Program-made: the position numbers and the translations under genes | The notes under the pieces: model-generated | Told to the model about the DNA's origin: nothing | Databases searched by the model: none | What the model saw: the letters and a program-made list of their open reading frames with translations, nothing else | NCBI GenBank assembly: GCA_963761305.1 | Contig: CAVXGK010000002.1 | Coordinates: forward strand, 3,136,001-3,200,000 | Direction of reading: 5' to 3' | DNA length: 64,000 bases | Source: an uncultured Gemmatimonadaceae bacterium | GTDB lineage: Bacteria; Gemmatimonadota; Gemmatimonadetes; Gemmatimonadales; Gemmatimonadaceae | Shown: positions 19,208-27,303 of the stretch, piece after piece | Position numbering within the stretch: the stretch's first letter is position 1 | Layout of the letters: each line of letters starts with the position of its first letter

Positions 19208-20691
19208 CGGACGGCGAGGGCCACGCTCCGGGCAAGGCAGTGATGTTGGAGCTGACGGGCGTCTCGAAGCGATTCGGCGCGACGCAGGCGCTGCGAGACG
19301 TTTCGATTCGAGTGCGCCAGGGAACCGTCCACGCGTTGCTGGGAGAAAACGGAGCGGGGAAGTCGACGCTGGTCGGTGCGGCGTTCGGGCTTATCGCCGC
19401 CGACTCGGGCACCGTCGTTGGTGGGTCGCCGGGCCGCCCGATCTCATCGCCGGCCGAGGCCATGGCGGCCGGCATCGGAATGGTGCATCAGCATTTTACG
19501 AATGTTCCGGCGATGACCGTGGCTGAAAACGTCGCCCTCGGCGGGCGGGGCTCATTTCGCGCCGAGCGCGCCGCGGCGACGGTTCTCGAGATCGGAAGGC
19601 GCACAGGCCTCGCGCTCGATCCGTGGGCTACGGCCGGAACACTTCCGGTCGGTGGGCAGCAACGTCTCGAAATCGTCAAAGCACTCGCACGCAGCGCCAC
19701 CACGCTTCTGCTGGACGAGCCGACGGCGGTCCTCGCGCCGACCGAGGCGGCCGAATTGCTGACGTGGCTGCGCACCTTCGCGAACAGTGGCGGCAGCGTC
19801 GTGCTCATCACCCACCGGTTGCGCGAAGCACTTTCGATCGCGGACGACGTCACGGTGCTGCGCCGCGGATCCGTGGTACTCAGCGAGCCCGTCACGTCGG
19901 TCAATGAGCGGTCTCTCGCCGGCGCGTTGCTCGGCGAAGAAGTGCCGTCCGAAGTGATCGCGGCGCGAACGATCGAGAGCGATTCGGGCTCTCCGGCGGA
20001 TGTGGCGAGCGCTCCGATCGCGCGGCTGACGAAGGTCTCCGTGAAAGACGACCGCGGCGTGGTCGTCGTGCGCGAGGTGACCCTCGCGGTGCACGCCGGC
20101 GAAATACTCGGCATCGCCGCCGTCGAGGGGTCTGGCCAGCACGCGTTGCTGCGTGTGCTGGCCGCGCGGACTAGCGCGACGAGCGGTGCGGTCGAGCTGC
20201 CTTCGACGATCGGGTTCGTGCCCGAAGACCGGCAACGCGACGGGCTCGTCCTGGATTTCTCGCTCACCGAGAATCTGGCGTTGCGCGGAGCGGGCCAACG
20301 GGCCGGACGAATTCGATGGAATGCGGAGCGGCACTCCGCTGACGAGACACTCCGCGCCTTCGATGTTCGCGCGCGCGACGCGTCCGAACGCGCGCGCGTG
20401 TTGTCGGGCGGCAATCAGCAGAAACTCGTGCTCGCGCGAGAGCTCTCCGACGCGCCGGCGCTCGTCGTCGCGGAGAATCCGACGCGCGGGTTGGACATTC
20501 GGGCTACCCAGCACGTGCATTCGCGCCTTCGTCGCGCGGCGTCGACCGGCGCCACCGTTGTGGTGCACTCGAGCGATCTGGACGAAGTGCTCGCCCTGTC
20601 GAATCGAGTGGTCGTCATGCACCGGGGCGAACTGCGCGCGGTCGCGGGCGATCGTGAGGCGGTCGGTCGCGCGATGCTCGGCGTCGCGTGA
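19204..20691 (+). CDS. ABC transporter ATPase (two-domain sugar/nucleoside type)
   Basis: GENGAGKST, MVHQHF, DEPT, PEDR, LSGGNQQK, PTRGLD. Confidence 0.92.
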   Translation: MTDGEGHAPGKAVMLELTGVSKRFGATQALRDVSIRVRQGTVHALLGENGAGKSTLVGAAFGLIAADSGTVVGGSPGRPISSPAEAMAAGIGMVHQHFTNVPAMTVAENVALGGRGSFRAERAAATVLEIGRRTGLALDPWATAGTLPVGGQQRLEIVKALARSATTLLLDEPTAVLAPTEAAELLTWLRTFANSGGSVVLITHRLREALSIADDVTVLRRGSVVLSEPVTSVNERSLAGALLGEEVPSEVIAARTIESDSGSPADVASAPIARLTKVSVKDDRGVVVVREVTLAVHAGEILGIAAVEGSGQHALLRVLAARTSATSGAVELPSTIGFVPEDRQRDGLVLDFSLTENLALRGAGQRAGRIRWNAERHSADETLRAFDVRARDASERARVLSGGNQQKLVLARELSDAPALVVAENPTRGLDIRATQHVHSRLRRAASTGATVVVHSSDLDEVLALSNRVVVMHRGELRAVAGDREAVGRAMLGVA

Positions 20692-21911
20692 CGACCACTG
20701 CGCTCGACGGTGTTCCGCGAGACACCGACACGCGCCGATGGCGCGCCCTCACGCTCCTCGCGTGTGCCGAGTTGCTCGGCATGTCGCTCTGGTTCGCGGG
20801 AAGCGCAGTGGCGCCGCAGCTCGCCGTCCGGTGGAGCTTGTCGCCGAACGAAACGGCCTGGCTCACGACGAGCGTGCAGCTTGGCTTCGTGTGCGGCACC
20901 GCGATCGCGGCGCTGCTCAATCTCGCCGACGTCGTCCCGTCGAAACGATACTTCGCGGTCGCCGCGATGCTCGGCGCTCTGGCCAATGCGGGTGTGGTGG
21001 TGAGCGGCGGTTTCGCCGTCGCATTGGTGATGCGCGTCGGCACGGGGATGGCCCTCGCCGGCGTGTATCCGCCAGCAATGAAAATGGCGGCGACCTGGTT
21101 TCGTTCGCGACGCGGTTTGGCCATCGGCACCGTCGTCGGCGCGCTCACCGTGGGGAAAGCGACGCCGTATCTGGTTCACGCGATTCCGGACGTCGGACCG
21201 GCGGTCGTCGTCCTCACCGCCTCGGCGTGCGCGCTCGTCGCGGCCGCGCTCGTGGGCGCTCTGTATACGGAAGGGCCGTATCCGTTTCCCCCTCGTCCCT
21301 TCTCGTGGAGCTTGGTGCGAACCGTGTTCGACCGGCGTGAGTGGCGGCTGGCGACCGGCGGCTACCTGGGCCACATGTTCGAGCTGTATTCGTTTTGGAC
21401 GTGGATACCCGCATTCATCAGCGCGAGTATCGTCGCGGAGCGCGGCTCGGTGTCGCCCGAGCTCGCGTCGCTGATCGCGTTCGGCACGATCGCCGTCGGC
21501 GGACTCGGATGCGTGTGGGGCGGACTGGAAGCGGACGCGCGTGGTCGCGAGCGATTGGTGGTGATCGCGATGGCGTTGAGCGGAAGCTGTGCGCTGCTCA
21601 CGCCCGTGGTATTCGGGCGCTCGCTCGGAGTATTGGCGCCGCTCGCTCTCGCATGGGGATTCTTCGTAATCGCCGATTCGGCGCAGTTCAGCACTCTCGT
21701 GACCGAAGCCGTGCCGCCGCACGCCGTCGGTACCGCGCTCACGGTGCAGACGTCGCTCGGTTTCTTGCTGACGATAGTCTCCATTCAGCTCGTGCCACCG
21801 ATCGTCGCGGCGGTTGGCTGGCGCTGGGCGTTTCCGATGCTCGCGCTGGGTCCGGCGGCCGGTATCGCGGCGATTCGACGACTCGCGGGCGTGCATCACC
21901 GCGCCTCATGA
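20688..21911 (+). CDS. MFS transporter
   Basis: About 12 TM helices, GVYPPAMK, GHMFELY, DSAQFS. Confidence 0.88.
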   Translation: MTTTALDGVPRDTDTRRWRALTLLACAELLGMSLWFAGSAVAPQLAVRWSLSPNETAWLTTSVQLGFVCGTAIAALLNLADVVPSKRYFAVAAMLGALANAGVVVSGGFAVALVMRVGTGMALAGVYPPAMKMAATWFRSRRGLAIGTVVGALTVGKATPYLVHAIPDVGPAVVVLTASACALVAAALVGALYTEGPYPFPPRPFSWSLVRTVFDRREWRLATGGYLGHMFELYSFWTWIPAFISASIVAERGSVSPELASLIAFGTIAVGGLGCVWGGLEADARGRERLVVIAMALSGSCALLTPVVFGRSLGVLAPLALAWGFFVIADSAQFSTLVTEAVPPHAVGTALTVQTSLGFLLTIVSIQLVPPIVAAVGWRWAFPMLALGPAAGIAAIRRLAGVHHRAS

Positions 21912-21924
21912 CGCCAGCCTGCTG

Positions 21925-22980
21925 ATGGGCTCAAGGGGACGCGACGCGGCGGGAGCACGATGGCTCGCGCTCGGGTTGGTGATGGCGATCGTCGCTGGAA
22001 CGACCATCACACTCGTCGCACTTGGGTTCGACGTGAGACGAGCGGCGCGCGCGCTGGCCGGCGGATCGTTTGGATCGTGGTACGCACTCGGATCGGGAAC
22101 GCTCGTCCGGGCGACGCCACTCATTCTGACCGGCCTCGCGGTCGCGCTCGCGTTTCAGGCGGGTGTGTTCAACATCGGCGCCGAAGGCCAGTTCCTGACC
22201 GGCGCGGCGGCTGCGAGCGCGGTCGCCCTGTCGGCATCGGGAGCACCGAGATGGGTGCTGCTGCCGGCGCTCCTGCTCGCGGGAAGCGCCGCGGGCGCGG
22301 CGTGGGCGTGGATCGCGGCGGAGCTACGCGCTCGATTTCAGGTCTTGGAAGTCATCAGCACGCTCATGCTGAATTTCGTCGCGGCCTATCTCGTTTCGTA
22401 CCTGGTGCGTGGTCCGCTGCAGGAGCCGACGCACATCTACCCGCAGACCGAAACGTTCGTGCTTGCCGCGCAACTGCCGCGTTTCGGACAGAGCACGCGG
22501 CTCCATGCGGGATTTGCGATCGCGTGCGCGGCGTGCGCGATTTGCTGGTGGGTCCTGCGATACACCGCCGCCGGTTTTCGGGTGCGAGTCGCCGGCGCGA
22601 ATCCGGACGCGGCACGATCGGCAGGTCGAATCGACGTCCGTGGCGTAACGACGCGTGCGTTCGTGGTGAGCGGCGCGTTGGCCGGTCTGGCGGGAGCGGT
22701 CGAAGTGTCGGGCGTCACGTACGCCCTCTACGAAAACATTTCGCCGGGATTCGGCTACACGGCGATCGCCGTGGCGTTGCTGGCGCGTCTGGACGCGCTC
22801 GCAGTGCTCGGCACGGGCATTCTGTTCGGCGCGCTGGAAGCCGGAGCGACGGCGATGCAGCGCGACGCGGGCGTCCCATCCGTCGTGGTCTCGGTTGTCG
22901 AGGCGAGCGTCATCCTCATCCTCATCGCCGCCGACCGGGCGCGGATCGCGCGCGCCACGACGGGAGCCGCCGCAACGTGA
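21925..22980 (+). CDS. ABC transporter permease (nucleoside type)
   Basis: FNIGAEGQ, EVISTLMLN, GFGYTAIAVALL. Confidence 0.9.
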   Translation: MGSRGRDAAGARWLALGLVMAIVAGTTITLVALGFDVRRAARALAGGSFGSWYALGSGTLVRATPLILTGLAVALAFQAGVFNIGAEGQFLTGAAAASAVALSASGAPRWVLLPALLLAGSAAGAAWAWIAAELRARFQVLEVISTLMLNFVAAYLVSYLVRGPLQEPTHIYPQTETFVLAAQLPRFGQSTRLHAGFAIACAACAICWWVLRYTAAGFRVRVAGANPDAARSAGRIDVRGVTTRAFVVSGALAGLAGAVEVSGVTYALYENISPGFGYTAIAVALLARLDALAVLGTGILFGALEAGATAMQRDAGVPSVVVSVVEASVILILIAADRARIARATTGAAAT

Positions 22981-23891
22981 TCTCCGTCGGCGGCGCATTC
23001 CTCGCATCCGCCGTCCGCACGGCGACGCCCCTGGCGTTGGCCGCGCTCGGCGAGTTGGTCGTCGAGCGCGCCGGCGTGATCAACATCAGTCTCGAGGGCG
23101 TCGTGCTCGCGGGCGCATTCGGCGCGTTGGCGGGAGCGACGCACGGCGGCGTGGCGGGTGGGTTCGCGGCCGCCGTCGCGTGCGGCATTCTGACGGCGGC
23201 GGTGTTCTCGGTGTTCGCCGTGGGATTGCGCGCCGATCAGATCATCACGGGAACGGCGGTCACGCTGCTGGCGTTCGGCGCGACCGGCACGCTGTATCGT
23301 GCGTTCTACGGGGCGCAGGGCGCGGCGTTGTCGATTCCGACGGTTGGGCCCGTGGCCATTCCGTTGCTCTCGCGGATCCCGGCGCTCGGACCCGGCTTGT
23401 TCGACCAGCCCGCCGTCACATATGTCGTGTATCTACTCATTCCAGTTCTCTGGTGGTGGATGTATCGGCGTGCGGCGGGGTTGTCGCTCCGCGCGATCGG
23501 CGAGTCGCCGGCGGCCGCCCGTGCAGCCGGGATCGCGGTCGACCGCGTTCGTTCGCTGGCCGTTCTATTCGGCGGAGCGGCCGGCGGGCTCGCCGGGGCG
23601 ACGCTGGTGCTGGCGCAGGCCGGCACGTTCGCCGAAGGCATGTCAGCCGGACGCGGATTCGTGGCGATCGCCATCGTCGTGCTCGGCCGATGGCACCCGG
23701 GCGGCGTGGCGTTGGCGTCGCTCGTCTTCGGCGCGGCGAGCGCGTTGCAGTTTCTCGTCCAGTCGCTCGGCCTCGCGATCCCCTATCAGTTCGCGCTCGC
23801 GTTGCCGTACGTGCTGACGCTGGTGGCGCTCGCCGGCGTGGCCGGTCGCGTCGGCGCGCCGGCGGCGCTGGCGCGCATCGACGAGGGCTGA
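22977..23891 (+). CDS. ABC transporter permease (nucleoside type)
   Basis: ERAGVINISLEG, LRAIGE, GRGFVAIA, LPYVLT. Confidence 0.9.
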   Translation: MISVGGAFLASAVRTATPLALAALGELVVERAGVINISLEGVVLAGAFGALAGATHGGVAGGFAAAVACGILTAAVFSVFAVGLRADQIITGTAVTLLAFGATGTLYRAFYGAQGAALSIPTVGPVAIPLLSRIPALGPGLFDQPAVTYVVYLLIPVLWWWMYRRAAGLSLRAIGESPAAARAAGIAVDRVRSLAVLFGGAAGGLAGATLVLAQAGTFAEGMSAGRGFVAIAIVVLGRWHPGGVALASLVFGAASALQFLVQSLGLAIPYQFALALPYVLTLVALAGVAGRVGAPAALARIDEG

Positions 23892-23901
23892 GGGACGACC
23901 G

Positions 23902-24801
23902 TCAGCAGTGGCGGCGCCTGCTCGTCCAGCGCACGCGCCAACGCCCGTCGGCTCCGCGCTCGACCACGCTATACGCGTTCTCGTCGCCGAAATCGCGAGA
24001 GAGAACGATGGCCGGAGTTCTGGCGTCACCGATCAAGAGCGCGGCGAGCAGCTCGCGACTCTCGATCGTTTCCTCCTGGCCGTACGAACGCTCCGCGTAT
24101 CCCATGGTGAGCGTCGTGTCGGCAGCGTGATGCTCGCCGATGACGAGCGTGCGTTCCTGCAGCGGCGTGGCTTCCTGATTGATCTGGCGTACGAGCGATC
24201 CGACGACGACGGCCGGCCCGTCGGCGACGTTGAAGCGCCAGAGGGTCTGAACCACGAAGGGCAGACCGGCGAATCGTCCGGCGGAATCGTTGGGGAGACC
24301 GGAGGCAAGGCGTGTGAGCGACGCGACGAGCGTCAGTGAGTCCGCGTGCGAGACGGACAGCGCGGAGTCGACCGACAGCGGCGCGACCACGCCGCCGATG
24401 AAACCCACGCTCCATGGGTGGGGCGGTGGCGCCGCGGTGAGCGGCGCGACGAGGCAGCCGGCGCTGTCGTGCGCGCTCGGCAGTTCCGCAGTCTGTACGT
24501 CGCCACCGCGGCCCAGGAGTGTGACCGACGCGGGGTGCGGGATGGTCGCGAGGGCCGCGGTGTCACCCTCGGTCGGCAAAATGACGAGCGCCCGCGTTGG
24601 CGAATCGGTCGCGACGAGCAGCGCGGCGCCTGCACCGGGATCCCACGTCGACGCCGCTCTCGCGGCGGCGGAATCGGGGCGCGACGCGGACGGCGCGTGG
24701 GTGGTATCTCCACCCGCGATCGGCTTGTCGCGCCGACAGGCGAGTACGGCGACGATCCCCCAAACCGACACGGCGGCGGACAAGCGGCGGAACCACTTCA
24801 T
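23902..24801 (-). CDS. Hypothetical lipoprotein
   Basis: Start MKWFRR with lipobox VLAC; the long upstream extension in the ORF track is a shadow of the opposite-strand gene. Confidence 0.7.
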   Translation of the reverse strand: MKWFRRLSAAVSVWGIVAVLACRRDKPIAGGDTTHAPSASRPDSAAARAASTWDPGAGAALLVATDSPTRALVILPTEGDTAALATIPHPASVTLLGRGGDVQTAELPSAHDSAGCLVAPLTAAPPPHPWSVGFIGGVVAPLSVDSALSVSHADSLTLVASLTRLASGLPNDSAGRFAGLPFVVQTLWRFNVADGPAVVVGSLVRQINQEATPLQERTLVIGEHHAADTTLTMGYAERSYGQEETIESRELLAALLIGDARTPAIVLSRDFGDENAYSVVERGADGRWRVRWTSRRRHC

Positions 24802-24945
24802 TCGTCTTAATTTGGACCCGCTCGAGCCCGCGTCAACGGTGGCGATCGCTACGTCAGCCAACGTATCGCCCTCGAACCCCTCGCCGCGTAGTGTCCAATC
24901 GGCCGGCAGCGCCGGCCTCCATTTCGGACAAGAGGTTCTCGCCGA

Positions 24946-26343
24946 GTGATTTATGCGTTGATGCGCGCTGTCGCCGGTCTCGCGCTGCGCTGGTTTTACC
25001 GCAGCATCGACGTAGCTGGCGTCGAACGAATTCCGGCGCGGCGGCCGTTGCTGCTGGTGGTGAATCATCCGAACGCGTTGGTCGACGCGCTCATCGTCGC
25101 CTGGATCGTTCCGCGACGCGTCTTGATCACCGCAAAGGCGACCATCTTCGAACACCCGCTCGCGAACTCGTTGTTGCGGTGGGTCGGTGTCGTGCCGCTC
25201 CGACGCGCAAGCGACGAGCGCGCGTCGGGAGCCCCGGGGCTCGATGCGGCGCGCAATCGCTCGACGTTTCGCGCCGTACAGGCGGCGCTCCAGCGCGGGG
25301 GAACCGTCTTGATCTTCCCGGAGGGCCGCTCGACCGACGCGCCTTCGCTGGGCCCGCTCAAGACCGGCGCCGCGCGCATGGCGCTCATGGCGCGCGAGTC
25401 GGGCGACGTGCCGGGGCTCGCCATCGTCCCGATCGGGTTGACCTTCGAGCGCAAACAGTCGCCGAGGACTCGCGTGTTCGCACAGGTGGGCGAGCCGATC
25501 GTCGTGGACGATTGGCGGCCGACGGCCGGCGTGCCCGACGCGGATGCGTTGACCGCTGAAATCGAAACGCGCCTGCGCGCGCTGACGCTCAACTACGCGA
25601 CGATTGACGACGCGGCGCGCGCCGTACGACTCGCGTCTGCCGTCGCGGCGGTGCTCGATGGACCGCCCTCGATCGGATCGGGTGAACGTCGCCTGGGCGT
25701 CGAGGCCGCGATTGCGAAGCGCGTCGACGTGCTCACGGCCCGGCTTCCCGACGCGTCGCCGACGGTACGCGAGCAATCGGAGCGAGTCGTCGCACGACTC
25801 GACGAGTTGCAGCGAGAGGTGTCGGAGCGCGGCCTTCGGATCGAAGACGTCGACATCAAGGTCGACGGACTGTCAGGCGCGCGCTTCGTCGTGCGCGAAG
25901 GGTGGATTCTTCTTCTCGGCGGGCCGGTCGCGATGTGGGGCGCCGTCAACCATTGGCTGCCGTTCTGGGCCGCGCGCTCGATCGCGGTCCGGCGCGGTGG
26001 CGACAACGCCGACCCAGCGATGCGCGCGGTGGTGGCCGGCAGCGTGTTCGTGTTGATCACGTACGCCGCCCAGTCGCTCCTCGTCGATCGCGTGTGGGGC
26101 TGGCGTGTAGCCCTGTTGTATCTCGCGAGTCTCCCGATCGCCGCCGACATTAACTTCTCGATTCGCGAGCGTCTGTCACGCGCGCGCCGGCGCGCGACGG
26201 CGTTTTTGGTCTTTCGGCGCGAGCCCGCGTTACGCGATCGGCTGACGAACGCCTTGGCCTCGCTGCGCGAGGACGTGCTCACGCTCGACCGCGAGCTCGG
26301 CGGAATCGATGGGCCGTCCGACGCGCTCAGCGCGCCGGCGTAG
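24946..26343 (+). CDS. PlsC-like glycerol-phosphate/lysophospholipid acyltransferase with C-terminal TM helices
   Basis: NHPNALVD, IFPEG, LKTGAAR. Confidence 0.88.
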   Translation: MIYALMRAVAGLALRWFYRSIDVAGVERIPARRPLLLVVNHPNALVDALIVAWIVPRRVLITAKATIFEHPLANSLLRWVGVVPLRRASDERASGAPGLDAARNRSTFRAVQAALQRGGTVLIFPEGRSTDAPSLGPLKTGAARMALMARESGDVPGLAIVPIGLTFERKQSPRTRVFAQVGEPIVVDDWRPTAGVPDADALTAEIETRLRALTLNYATIDDAARAVRLASAVAAVLDGPPSIGSGERRLGVEAAIAKRVDVLTARLPDASPTVREQSERVVARLDELQREVSERGLRIEDVDIKVDGLSGARFVVREGWILLLGGPVAMWGAVNHWLPFWAARSIAVRRGGDNADPAMRAVVAGSVFVLITYAAQSLLVDRVWGWRVALLYLASLPIAADINFSIRERLSRARRRATAFLVFRREPALRDRLTNALASLREDVLTLDRELGGIDGPSDALSAPA

Positions 26344-26620
26344 CTGGCGGCGGAAGGTAGGGGCCACCGAGGTCCCAGTGCCACGCGTCGCGCCGCACCC
26401 CGGTGCGCGGATCCTTGAGCGGTTTGAACTGAAGACGTCCGGCATCGATTCCGACGGCGGCGCCATACTCGAGAAGCAGCGCACGATTCGTCGAGACGAG
26501 ATGCGCCATGCGACGACCTCGCCACAGGTGGCGGTGGAGCCAGAGGCCGCCATCCATGGCGAAAATCATCCCTTCACGTCGCTTGTCGAATTCGCGGTAC
26601 CGCGGGGGAACGCGCGTCAC
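26327..26620 (-). CDS. DUF4031-like small protein
   Basis: HLVST...LLEYGAAVGI...HWDL resembles DUF4031; 4-nt proximity pattern downstream of the pilin gene. Confidence 0.6.
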   Translation of the reverse strand: MTRVPPRYREFDKRREGMIFAMDGGLWLHRHLWRGRRMAHLVSTNRALLLEYGAAVGIDAGRLQFKPLKDPRTGVRRDAWHWDLGGPYLPPPATPAR

Positions 26621-26633
26621 GCGCGCGCTCCCG

Positions 26634-27107
26634 TCAGTTGCAGGTCACGACTCCCTGGGCGGTCGCGGGAGCAACCGGAGCCGCCGCGCCGAGAAAGAGC
26701 GCGCAAAAGTGCGGATACGACTGCGGGTTCTGCGATGTCGCGGACCAACCGGTCGGCGTCGCCTCGGTGATGATCACGGTGTTCCCGTTCGTGGGCGTGA
26801 GCTGCACCGAGTCGAGCACGTTGCTGTAGGCCGCGTGGTCGTAGAAGTACCCTTCTTCCGACGTCGCGAGGTTGCGGAGGTCGCTCCGCATGCCGGCGTA
26901 GTAGGCTTTGCCTTTGGTCGCTTGGAACTTCGGGATCGCGATCGCGGCCAGGATGCCGATGATGACGACCACGATCAGCAACTCGATCAGGGTAAAGCCC
27001 GTTCGACGACGCGGCCGGACCCGGCTGGTGTGAATGCCGATGATCCGCTGATGGGCGGAGGCTAGCTCCACCACACGCGGGGCGGGCTGAGTTTTTTTGT
27101 CGAGCAT
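26634..27107 (-). CDS. Type IV pilin-like protein (start uncertain)
   Basis: Prepilin motif G|FTLIELLIVVVIIGILAAIAIPKF and a C-terminal Cys pair. Confidence 0.9.
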   Translation of the reverse strand: MLDKKTQPAPRVVELASAHQRIIGIHTSRVRPRRRTGFTLIELLIVVVIIGILAAIAIPKFQATKGKAYYAGMRSDLRNLATSEEGYFYDHAAYSNVLDSVQLTPTNGNTVIITEATPTGWSATSQNPQSYPHFCALFLGAAAPVAPATAQGVVTCN

Positions 27108-27143
27108 GGGCACGAAGCCGGTCAGGTTGTGCCCGCTTTGAAG

Positions 27144-27158
27144 GCAAAGCAGGTGCCT
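27144..27158 (-). promoter_or_regulatory. Sigma-54 -24/-12 promoter of the pilin gene
   Basis: Minus strand AGGCAC-CTGCT-TTGC against TGGCAC-N5-TTGC with exact GG-N10-GC spacing. Confidence 0.72.
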
Positions 27159-27303
27159 GAGTAAGGCTGCTGCCTTCAAGTCGCTTTTTCATAAGGGGTT
27201 AGCCAAATAGCAGCGTGAGTCAATGCGGGTATTTTCCCGTTCGCGGCCATTCGATTTGCGGCTGGTCTCGCAAGCTGCGATGGCGCCCATGTGACGCACG
27301 TCA

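Noticed and set aside
27130..27185. c-di-GMP riboswitch-like GGCAAA upstream of the pilin gene
   Set aside because: It is on the wrong strand for the pilin mRNA and lacks the other conserved elements; the sigma-54 element explains the sequence.
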